The notes under the pieces are model-generated. The model was not told the DNA's origin. It saw nothing but the letters and a program-made list of their open reading frames with translations, and did no database searches. From positions 928,687-992,686 of the forward strand of contig OZ244860.1 of the NCBI GenBank assembly GCA_965221035.1: 64,000 nt of DNA, read 5' to 3'. The stretch comes from Candidatus Rariloculaceae bacterium (lineage in GTDB: Bacteria > Pseudomonadota > Gammaproteobacteria > Steroidobacterales > Rariloculaceae). Positions 56,268-64,000 of the stretch are shown here, one piece after another (positions within the stretch are counted from its first letter, which is position 1; every line of letters begins with the position of its first letter). The translations under genes were made by a program, and so were the position numbers.

Positions 56268-57023
56268 ATGGGCATCATCACACCGAAGAACAAGGACGTC
56301 ACAGAATTCCGCGGGCTTCACCTGTACCATTTCAGCCAGTCCAACTGCTCCATGCGTGTGCGGATGACGCTGGAGGAAAAGGGCCTGGCCTGGACCAGCC
56401 ATCACCTGAACCTGCACGAAGCCGAAAACGTCACTCCGGAATATTTCGCCATTCACCCCAGGGGCCTGGTGCCCACCCTGGTCCACGACGGCGTGGTGAT
56501 CATCGAATCCACCGATATCATCGAATACCTCGACGAGACGTTTCCCGAGCCGCGCCTCAAGCCCACCCGCGACGCGGCGCGCATCGAGACCGTGGCGCGC
56601 TGGATGCGCACCGCCGCCGACAACCACATCCACGTAAAGACCTACATGTTTGCCCACCGTCTAGGCCAACGCATGGCCAAGAGCGAGGCCGAACTTGCGA
56701 TTTACAAGGGGTTGCAGGACAACGAGGAACTGCTCCAGTTTCACGAGGAAAATTCTTCCGCCGACGGCCTTTCCCCTGACCGAGTGGCGAACTCCACGCG
56801 GATTCTGGAGGACTGCTTCTCCGGTATCGACCAGGTGCTGGAAGGGTGGAAGTGGCTTGCCGGCGACGAATTTTCGCTCGCAGATATCACCTGGATTCCC
56901 TTGCACGTGACGCTGGACAAGGCCGGTTTCGCGTTCGACCGCTACGCGAACTTGACCAGATGGAAGGATGCGGTGCGCGCCCGTCCCAGTTTCAGGCGGG
57001 CGGTGCTGGACTGGTTCGGCTAA
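56268..57023 (+). CDS. glutathione S-transferase-family protein
   Basis: 251 aa. The thioredoxin-like N-terminal domain shows LYHFSQSNCSMRVRMTLEEKG..LVPTLVHDGVVIIESTDIIEYL. The helical C-terminal domain shows LADITWIP. Confidence 0.85.
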   Translation: MGIITPKNKDVTEFRGLHLYHFSQSNCSMRVRMTLEEKGLAWTSHHLNLHEAENVTPEYFAIHPRGLVPTLVHDGVVIIESTDIIEYLDETFPEPRLKPTRDAARIETVARWMRTAADNHIHVKTYMFAHRLGQRMAKSEAELAIYKGLQDNEELLQFHEENSSADGLSPDRVANSTRILEDCFSGIDQVLEGWKWLAGDEFSLADITWIPLHVTLDKAGFAFDRYANLTRWKDAVRARPSFRRAVLDWFG

Positions 57024-57056
57024 TCCGGGCCCGTTGACCCAACCCGAGACGGATGC

Positions 57057-59018
57057 TCAGCCGAACAGCGCGGACGGATGGAACAACAGCCCCATGAGCT
57101 GTCCGTAGAAGGCCCACAGCACGACCCACACCACCGCTCCATACAGACACGCGGTCCGCCAACCATACCCGCCCCATGCCAACAGATACGCGGCAACGAA
57201 AAGCGGCAACGCCACCAGTTGCCCCGCCAGATAGGTGATCCCCACGATTGCGAGCAACAAGGCGATGAATCGTGCGCTGGGAGCCAGTTCCGCCTTGTCC
57301 ACAGCTGCCCTCAGCGAGCCTGGGAACCCATCATTTCCTGCAACGATCCGGGCTGCGCGCACATCCCCATAAAGCACCCATGCCGTCAGCGGCAACGCCG
57401 CAAGCAGGATCGCATTGGGGAATTGCGCGGTGGCCGCCTGTTCGAACCCCCGGGAAATCCAGTAGGCGACGGCGAAGGCGGCAAGGAGTCCGCAGGCCAG
57501 GGGGACCGAAATCAGGGGGTTCCGCTTCGCGCCCTCCCCCGCTTCCGGCCCACCGCCTGCAGACCTGCGGCCACGAATCGCGAACAGTACGGTCGCGACG
57601 ATGAGCAGTTCGATGACGACGACCACCGGACGGTTGTAGAGCCATTGGTAGTCGCCGTAGATCTGCGTGGTGAGCTGGAAATTGTTCTCCATCAACCCGC
57701 CGAGCACCAGGGCGAGTATCAGCGGCGGCCGCGGCCAGCCTCCCTGCTTCATCCAGTACCCCAACACGCCGAAGCCAAGGCACGCCCACCAGTCGCCCAT
57801 GGAGTTGGTCGCCACCCAGGTGCCCATGAGCAGCACGGCGATCACGCCCGGGACAACAAGATGGCCCGGCACGAACGCGATCTTGTGTACATGGCGGGCG
57901 AGGAACATCAACAGGACCGCCGCCGCCAGGTTGGCCACGACAATCGCCCACACCATGCTGAACGTCAACGGCAGATTGACCGTAAGCATGTCCGGGCCGG
58001 GCCGCAGCCCCTTGATCACCAGGGCACCCAGCAGGATGGCGGTACCGATGCTGCCGGGAATGCCGAAGGCCACCGTCGGGATCAGCGCGCCGGCCTTGTG
58101 GGCATTGTTGGCAGACTCGGGCGCGATCACGCCGCGGATGTCCCCCTGGCCGAAGCGCGACTTGTCCTTGGCGCTCTGGACCGCGTGGCCATAGGCGATC
58201 CAGTCGACGATTGCCGCGCCCAGTCCCGGCAACATCCCGACATAGGTGCCCAGGAGTGTGCAACGAAGCGCCAGCCAACGGTATCGGATCGCGTCCCGGA
58301 TGCCGCGCATCAAGCCGCCACCGGGGCCCCCGCGATCCGACACGCGGGCGATGGACGTGTTCCTGACCGCCAGCTCCATGAGTTCAGGCAAACCGAACAG
58401 GCCCAGCACGATGGGAATCAGGGGAATGCCGTCGAGCAGGTAGTTGACGCCGAAGTAGAATCTCGGAATACCGGTGGCTTCGGCATATCCCACCGTCGTG
58501 ATCAGCAGCCCCAGCAAGGCGGCCACCAGTCCCTTGGCCAGCGAGCGCCCGGACAAAACGCCCACCATGGTCAATCCAAGCACGGCCAGCATGAAAAACT
58601 CGGGCACGCCGAAGGCGAAAATCACGGGCATGATGACGGGCAACGACGCGGCGAGCAGCAACGCGCCGAGCACGCCGCCGAACGCCGAAACCGCGTAAGT
58701 GGCACCAAACGCCCGTGCCGCCTGCCCCTGCTTGGCCAATGGGTAACCGTCCAGGATCGTGGCCTGGGAAGCCACGGTGCCGGGTATCCCCAGCATGATG
58801 GAGGCGATGCTGTCGCTGGTGGAGGTCACCGCGTACATGCCCAGCAGCAGCGCGAATGCCGGCACCGGGTCCATGCCGAAGGTAAACGGCAGCATCAACG
58901 CCAGCCCCACCGCGCCGCCCAATCCGGGCACGGCACCCACCCAAAGGCCCAGGAATACCCCCAGCAGCAGGTAACCGACAGCCGGCCAGGTCAACGCCAG
59001 GACGAGACCCGAGAGCAT
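57057..59018 (-). CDS. tripartite tricarboxylate transporter permease, TctA fused to a TctB-like C-terminal 4-TM domain
   Basis: The start is chosen at MLSGLVLALTWP (ATG at 59016-59018). The TctA-typical sequence is GAVPGLGGAVGLALMLPFTF..GIPGT. The last ~170 aa form four extra TM helices, like TctB. Confidence 0.85.
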   Translation of the reverse strand: MLSGLVLALTWPAVGYLLLGVFLGLWVGAVPGLGGAVGLALMLPFTFGMDPVPAFALLLGMYAVTSTSDSIASIMLGIPGTVASQATILDGYPLAKQGQAARAFGATYAVSAFGGVLGALLLAASLPVIMPVIFAFGVPEFFMLAVLGLTMVGVLSGRSLAKGLVAALLGLLITTVGYAEATGIPRFYFGVNYLLDGIPLIPIVLGLFGLPELMELAVRNTSIARVSDRGGPGGGLMRGIRDAIRYRWLALRCTLLGTYVGMLPGLGAAIVDWIAYGHAVQSAKDKSRFGQGDIRGVIAPESANNAHKAGALIPTVAFGIPGSIGTAILLGALVIKGLRPGPDMLTVNLPLTFSMVWAIVVANLAAAVLLMFLARHVHKIAFVPGHLVVPGVIAVLLMGTWVATNSMGDWWACLGFGVLGYWMKQGGWPRPPLILALVLGGLMENNFQLTTQIYGDYQWLYNRPVVVVIELLIVATVLFAIRGRRSAGGGPEAGEGAKRNPLISVPLACGLLAAFAVAYWISRGFEQAATAQFPNAILLAALPLTAWVLYGDVRAARIVAGNDGFPGSLRAAVDKAELAPSARFIALLLAIVGITYLAGQLVALPLFVAAYLLAWGGYGWRTACLYGAVVWVVLWAFYGQLMGLLFHPSALFG

Positions 59019-59233
59019 TCCGTCAATCACCTGGCATGGACCTCTTTGAATGTGCCGATATTGGGCGGGCAGTGTACTCCAACCGGTACGCCGGGGGACG
59101 GTTCGAATTTCAGCGCCAAGGCAACGACGATTGGCGAACCGGTTTCCTTGCAATTGTGGTCAGGTGGCGACAACGGGACGGACCCGTATAGAATGGCGGC
59201 AGCGACTGGATCGGCATCCTGGAGTATTCAATC

Positions 59234-59620
59234 ATGCTGAGAATTGCGACCCTCTTGCTCGCCGTCGGGCTCGCCGCGTCGGCCGCGCTGGCGCATCACG
59301 GGCGGGCATCCTATACGACGGACATCATTTCGCTGGACGCGACCGTGACGGAGTTCAGGTTTGTCAATCCGCACGTTCAGATCTATTTCGACGTCACCAA
59401 CGAGGACGGCGAAATCGAAGGCTGGCAGGGCGAGTTGACCGCGCCCAACAAGCTTGCCCGTGGCGGCTGGACCAAGAACACGCTGCAACCGGGAGACCGG
59501 ATCCGTATCACCGGTCGTGCAGGGAGAAACGAGGGGCACTCCGTGGCGATCAACGAAATCATCATGCCCGACGGTCAGGCCATCCCACTCTGGGAAGTGC
59601 TGGACGCGCCCACCCGCTAG
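59234..59620 (+). CDS. secreted DUF6152-like small protein (A1)
   Basis: 128 aa. The signal peptide ends ALA, so the predicted mature N-terminus is HHGRASY. The motif FVNPHV is conserved and shared with A2. Confidence 0.7.
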   Translation: MLRIATLLLAVGLAASAALAHHGRASYTTDIISLDATVTEFRFVNPHVQIYFDVTNEDGEIEGWQGELTAPNKLARGGWTKNTLQPGDRIRITGRAGRNEGHSVAINEIIMPDGQAIPLWEVLDAPTR

Positions 59621-59666
59621 GGTCTGGCGGCAGACCCGGGAAAGCAACGCTCGCGGGAGGCAAGTC

Positions 59667-60461
59667 ATGGAACGGACGATCTGTGCGACCTTGGGATTGA
59701 TCGCCATGCTGGGAATGTCGGGCATTGCCAGCGCGCAATTCGGGACCGGCATCCCGGTCTCCGCGGAGCCCCTGGAAAACGGCCCGGCGCCGGCTCGCGA
59801 CCTTGCGGGCGTGTGGACGCGCATCAGGCCCGAGGGTACCTTCGGCAGCGGCGCGACGTGGACTCCGGACCCGCCCCGACTGACCGCCTGGGGCGAGGAA
59901 CGCTTCGCCACCGCGAGGAATTCCAACGCCGGCGGCTTTTCGCTTGCCGAAACCAACGACCCGGTCCTTACGCGGTGCTATCCGCCCGGGACTCCGCGAG
60001 TGTACTTCCATCCCTACCCCTTCGAAATCGTCTATACGGATACGCAGATGATCATGCTCTACGAGTACGATCACACCATCCGCAGAATCTTCACGGACGG
60101 GCGCGTACATCCTGAAGACCCGGTGGCCCTCTGGATGGGTCATTCCGTCGGACGCTGGGAGGATGACACCACCTTCGTGGTCACCACGGTGGGCATCGAC
60201 GAGCGCACCTGGATGGACCGGTCGGGCTACCAGCACAGCGATCAGCTCAATGTGACGGAGGTCTTTCGCCGCATCGACCGGCTGAATCTGGAAATCGACA
60301 TCACGCTTGAGGACCCGATTGCCCTGGCGGAGCCCTGGGTAGCGGAGACCCTCTACTACCGGCTGGCACCACCCCACTGGGAATTGAGCGAGATCAGTTG
60401 CTCGGGCGACTATCTCGACTTCAGTTCCTTCGAGAGTTTTCTGGAAGACGGCGCGGAATAG
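59667..60461 (+). CDS. secreted hypothetical protein (B1)
   Basis: The internal ATG gives MERTICATLGLIAMLGMSGIASAQ as signal peptide, with GGGAGG 8 nt upstream. Paralogous to B2 (shared C.P.G....DGR..P......G.S.G..E.DT.VV.T.G....). Confidence 0.7.
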   Translation: MERTICATLGLIAMLGMSGIASAQFGTGIPVSAEPLENGPAPARDLAGVWTRIRPEGTFGSGATWTPDPPRLTAWGEERFATARNSNAGGFSLAETNDPVLTRCYPPGTPRVYFHPYPFEIVYTDTQMIMLYEYDHTIRRIFTDGRVHPEDPVALWMGHSVGRWEDDTTFVVTTVGIDERTWMDRSGYQHSDQLNVTEVFRRIDRLNLEIDITLEDPIALAEPWVAETLYYRLAPPHWELSEISCSGDYLDFSSFESFLEDGAE

Positions 60462-60484
60462 GCGCAAACGTAGCGCGTGGAAGC

Positions 60485-61267
60485 ATGATGCCCAACAGGT
60501 CCTCCCGGTCGGTCACGATGCTGGCGGTGCTGGTTTTCCCCCTGGCGGGGCCACTCGCGCAGGTGCCGGAAGGTGTGCCTGACCTCAGCGGGATGTGGAG
60601 CGATCCACCCCCGAGAGCGGAAGACAACTTCTGTCACGTCGGCTGCACGGTCGGCGCCCGGGATTACCTTACGCGGCTGCTGGAAGACCCCGGCAACCTG
60701 GACCGCACATACGCCGAGTTGCGCCGGGAGGCGCAGCGCTTCAACGCCAGGGAGTGGGTTCCGGGCCACCTGACGGAAGGGGCCCTCGCCAACTATCCTT
60801 TCGACAATCGCGCCGACCCGTCGCTCACCCAGTGCAGGCCGTGGGGATTCACCCGCCAGGTGCTGGCGCCCCATGCCATGGAGCTCACCCAGTTCGACGA
60901 CCACGTCACGCTGTACTACTCCGAGTGGACGGCCCTGCGTACCGTCCATACCGATGGACGGCCGCTGCCGGAAAATCCCGCCCCGAGATTGCTGGGATAT
61001 TCGGTGGGTCACTACGAAGGCGACACCCTGGTGGTGGAGACGATCGGGATCACCGCGGATCACTCCAACGCCGGCTTCGCCCACAGCGATGAGCTCACGG
61101 CCGTCGAGCGATTCGTCAGGTCGGCCGACGGCAACCGTCTCGAAGTCGAGATCACGTTGACGGACCCGCAGACCCTGGTCACACCTCTCGTCATGGCGCG
61201 CGCCTGGGGCTGGGCGCCGGGCGAGGAAATCTACCCTTACGAAGACTGCGTCATTCCTGGAGGCTGA
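60485..61267 (+). CDS. secreted hypothetical protein (B2), paralogue of B1
   Basis: The internal ATG gives MMPNRSSRSVTMLAVLVFPLAGPLAQ. It shares the B1 core (TQCRPWG..HTDGRPLPENPAPRLLGYSVGHYEGDTLVVETIG..HSDELTAVERF..LEVEITLTDP). Confidence 0.7.
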   Translation: MMPNRSSRSVTMLAVLVFPLAGPLAQVPEGVPDLSGMWSDPPPRAEDNFCHVGCTVGARDYLTRLLEDPGNLDRTYAELRREAQRFNAREWVPGHLTEGALANYPFDNRADPSLTQCRPWGFTRQVLAPHAMELTQFDDHVTLYYSEWTALRTVHTDGRPLPENPAPRLLGYSVGHYEGDTLVVETIGITADHSNAGFAHSDELTAVERFVRSADGNRLEVEITLTDPQTLVTPLVMARAWGWAPGEEIYPYEDCVIPGG

Positions 61268-61272
61268 GCATC

Positions 61273-61779
61273 ATGCCGAGCGACAGGGGCCGAACACCCA
61301 CGCGCCCGCCGTCCATGCGATCGCCCTGGCCAGCCTGGCCAGCCTGGCTGGGCGTGGCGGCGGTGCTGGTTTTCGCGCTGCCTCCTCCGGGCGCGATGGC
61401 CCACCATGCCTTCGTCGCGGTCTATGATCCCAGCGAGACCGTGTCCATCGAAGGTGAATTCGTGCGCCTCGAATTGGTCAATCCCCACGCCCGGTTGTAC
61501 ATCGATGTCACGACGGACAACGGCGACACCGAGCAATGGACCGTCGAGGCGGCGGGAAAACTGTCCCTGGCCCGGCGAGGATGGACCGACGACCTGTTCC
61601 GGCACGGTGAAACCGTCGCCGCCGTCGGCCACCCGGCATTTTCCGGAGAAAACGCCCTGTGGTTGGTGAGCATCGCCAAATCGGACGGCAGCGAATATCT
61701 TGCCCCGAACGTCGAAGATGCCAACGCCATTGAAGCGGAGCGCCGTGAACGGGCCCGCCGGGCCCGGGAACAACAGTAA
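61273..61779 (+). CDS. secreted DUF6152-like small protein (A2) with Glu/Arg-rich C-terminal tail
   Basis: 168 aa. The signal peptide ends AMA, so the predicted mature N-terminus is HHAFVAVY. It shares LVNPHA with A1. An alternative start is at 61315 (MRSPWPAW). Confidence 0.65.
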   Translation: MPSDRGRTPTRPPSMRSPWPAWPAWLGVAAVLVFALPPPGAMAHHAFVAVYDPSETVSIEGEFVRLELVNPHARLYIDVTTDNGDTEQWTVEAAGKLSLARRGWTDDLFRHGETVAAVGHPAFSGENALWLVSIAKSDGSEYLAPNVEDANAIEAERRERARRAREQQ

Positions 61780-61800
61780 CCGTCGACCGGAGATCGACGG

Positions 61801-62898
61801 CTACCGTACTTCGTTGACGTAGTCGGCCAGGAAGGCCGCGATGTCTTCGGGCACGTCGTACAGGCTGCGGAGGATCTCCGTGCCCTCCTCGGCACCGATC
61901 AGCGGCAGGCTGAAGCCGTACATCGTCCGTTCCTCCGCCTGGTATCCGGGGTCGCGTGTCACCTGGACAAAGCTGTCGCGCAACTCGTTTACGTGCGCTT
62001 GGGGCGTGCCCGGAGGAAGCAGAGCGGCGTAAACGATGTTGTTCACCCGCGGCAGTATCCACTTGTACAACTCGTAGTACTCGCCCGAGGGTTCGGTGCC
62101 GGCCACCTGGCGGTAGAAGTCCATGTAGCTGGGAATATCCCCTGCCACTTCCAGGGGAGTCACATTGCCCGCGATGTCCGCGGACGGGTTGTGCCACAGC
62201 GGGATGGCCAGCCCTTCGGCGACCAGGGTGGGCTCGATGGAGAATCGATAGAGCCCCAGCGAAGCCACCTGGATGTCCACTTCGCCTCGGCGTACTGCGT
62301 TGAATACATCCGCAGCGCCCTGAAACCCGGTTATGTACCGGTATTCGGCGCCAAGCGCATCCAGTGTGAGCCGGCCCAGCAGATCGAAGCGCAGTGCCGG
62401 ATTCTGACCTCCGAAACGCAATCCGGTTGCTGTCAACAGATCCTCGGGACGAGCCACCTTGTCCGTGCGCACGTACGCCATATTCGGACTCAGCAGCCCG
62501 CCGACGAAGGGCATGGTGGAGAAGTCGGCCCGCAGACCGGGTTCCCGTAACACCGCCGCGGCGCCATTGGTCGGCGAAAACAGCACGTGCAGGCCATCGG
62601 CCGCCGCTACCTCCGCGCCGTAATTCCAGACCCGCGTGCCCCCGCCTCCCGGCAGGTTGCGCACGACGATGGTGGGCCCGCCGGCAATGTGCCCGGACCA
62701 GAACCGGGCAAAGACGCGGGCCGCCAGGTCGGCGCCGCTTCCCGGCGTGCGACCCACATACATCGTTATGGTCTTGCCCTGGTAGTAGGGTGCCGCTTCC
62801 TGGGAATGGCCGGATTCCCAAATCGCAATCCCGGCGATCACCAGAAGGGAGGCCCGCCAGGCGCAGCCGCGACCGGCGAATTGTCCTCGATGTGTCAT
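61801..62898 (-). CDS. tripartite tricarboxylate transporter substrate-binding protein (TctC/Bug-like)
   Basis: 365 aa with a signal/anchor sequence. YYQGKTITMYVG..PGSGADLAAR..VVRNLPGGGGT is typical of the Bug/TctC family. Confidence 0.72.
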   Translation of the reverse strand: MTHRGQFAGRGCAWRASLLVIAGIAIWESGHSQEAAPYYQGKTITMYVGRTPGSGADLAARVFARFWSGHIAGGPTIVVRNLPGGGGTRVWNYGAEVAAADGLHVLFSPTNGAAAVLREPGLRADFSTMPFVGGLLSPNMAYVRTDKVARPEDLLTATGLRFGGQNPALRFDLLGRLTLDALGAEYRYITGFQGAADVFNAVRRGEVDIQVASLGLYRFSIEPTLVAEGLAIPLWHNPSADIAGNVTPLEVAGDIPSYMDFYRQVAGTEPSGEYYELYKWILPRVNNIVYAALLPPGTPQAHVNELRDSFVQVTRDPGYQAEERTMYGFSLPLIGAEEGTEILRSLYDVPEDIAAFLADYVNEVR

Positions 62899-62968
62899 CT
62901 GTTCTTCTCCTTGCAGGCCGACATACGCTTTTTCCGATCGACTCCGACTCCGCGCGCAGGTCCGACCG

Positions 62969-63961
62969 CTAGTACACCCGATTCCTTGGTGGCTCGCCGC
63001 GCACGATGACCCGCACCACGTTGTCCCATGCGCTCGCGAACAGATTCGCGGAGGCCTGGCGTGTGACGCCGGCGATGTGGGGTGTGAGGATCAGCCTCTC
63101 CGCCGCATCCCCCTGAAGCGCCAGCAGCGGGTGCGTCTCCCCCGGCGGCTCCTCGGCATAGACGTCCACCGCGGCGGCGGCGATCTCGCCGCGCGACAGG
63201 GCATCCGCCAACGCCCTCTCGTCAACGACACCGCCCCGGGCCGCATTGATCAACACGGCAGTGCGCTTCATGACCGCCAGTTCCGAGGCGCCGATCATGT
63301 TTCTCGTCGCCGCCGCCAGAGGTACGTGCAGCGTGACGACATCCGCTTCGGCGAGCAGTTCGAACAGGGGCAGTGGCCTGGCTCCCAGTTCGGCTGCACC
63401 TGCCGGGTCGACGACACCGGGATCGCAGTACACGATCTGGCCTCCCATCCGCTTGAACGCGCCCGCCACGGCCTTCCCGATGTTGCCGAGCCCGACAACA
63501 CCCACGGTAAGGCCTTCAAGCCCCGTCAGGTTGGTTGCCAGCATGCGCGCCCGGGCCGCGGAATACTCGCCGCGGCGAACCTGCCGGTCCGCCCAATGGA
63601 TGCGACGCAGCAGCATCAGCGCACAAGCCAGCGCATACTCGGCCAGTGCTGAATTGGAACCGCCCGGTACGTTGGCAACCGGAATGCCGAGCGCTTTCAT
63701 TGCCGCCTCGTCCAATCGGTCCACGCCCGCGCCGGTAAACTGCGCCAGTCGAATCGAACCGCCTTCGAACCATGCCGCTGGAAGCGGCGTGCCGACGGCG
63801 GGGATCACCACCGCGCTGGCCCGCCCCAGACGTGACGGTATCGAGCGGTCATTCGGCGAAACGAAGGAAATGTCCAGTTCCGCCGGGGGTACGACGCCGA
63901 CCCGGAGAAAATCGTCCTCCGGGCGCAGGCACAAGACTTCAGGAACCGCCACGTTATTCAA
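62969..63961 (-). CDS. D-isomer-specific 2-hydroxyacid dehydrogenase family protein
   Basis: 330 aa. The NAD motif is VGVVGLGNIGKAVA, and the catalytic region reads LINAARGGVVDE..TPHIAGVT. The TTG start is called by the track, but the frame stays open to the window edge, so the start is uncertain. Confidence 0.85.
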   Translation of the reverse strand: MNNVAVPEVLCLRPEDDFLRVGVVPPAELDISFVSPNDRSIPSRLGRASAVVIPAVGTPLPAAWFEGGSIRLAQFTGAGVDRLDEAAMKALGIPVANVPGGSNSALAEYALACALMLLRRIHWADRQVRRGEYSAARARMLATNLTGLEGLTVGVVGLGNIGKAVAGAFKRMGGQIVYCDPGVVDPAGAAELGARPLPLFELLAEADVVTLHVPLAAATRNMIGASELAVMKRTAVLINAARGGVVDERALADALSRGEIAAAAVDVYAEEPPGETHPLLALQGDAAERLILTPHIAGVTRQASANLFASAWDNVVRVIVRGEPPRNRVY

Positions 63962-64000
63962 CGCCGAACACCGCGCTCCGAAGTATCCAGCCTCGCGACG

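Overview
This is a 64-kb bacterial chromosomal segment. It is mostly high G+C: my spot counts of single 60-nt lines give about 65% at 5401. Gene content is typical of a TonB-receptor-rich, probably marine Gammaproteobacterium, but that taxon is inference only. All calls come from reading the supplied ORF track plus my own hand translation. No searches were run, and adjusted start coordinates are hand-derived.

Left to right, the window contains:
- a window-edge ORF missing from the track, with a RAMP/Cas6-like N-terminus
- a TAXI-type TRAP transporter
- a fused membrane/spermidine-synthase-like protein
- small secreted proteins (cupin, ricin-like lectin)
- a tightly coupled 3-cistron membrane operon that includes an untracked 35-aa peptide
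- an archaeal-type (type II) GAPDH plus an archaeal-like PGK pair
- a BaeSR-like two-component system
- four TonB-dependent receptors
- a patch carrying vapBC and Xre/RES toxin-antitoxin modules on either side of an FG-GAP/CxxCH protein, plus a coiled-coil protein built from 33-bp tandem repeats
- an amidohydrolase
- two more secreted CxxCH / FG-GAP proteins
- galM-xylA-xylB
- a roughly 13.9-kb lower-G+C block (spot counts 47-50%) bracketed by inverted paralogous ThuA-DUF1080 fusion genes, whose 3' ends are about 91% identical at DNA level. The block carries a PQQ/cytochrome c dehydrogenase, a Gfo/Idh/MocA oxidoreductase, an MFS transporter, a TBDR and a flavin-halogenase homologue.
- a DUF4143 AAA ATPase with a perfect 22-bp palindrome and 13-bp tandem repeats upstream
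- apbE and a GST
- a split tripartite tricarboxylate transporter locus interrupted by an A-B-B'-A' cluster of four secreted proteins of unknown function. The A proteins are predicted to mature with an N-terminal His-His.

I found no rRNA, tRNA, CRISPR array, transposase or integrase. Many long antisense ORFs in the track are high-GC shadow ORFs and were rejected.
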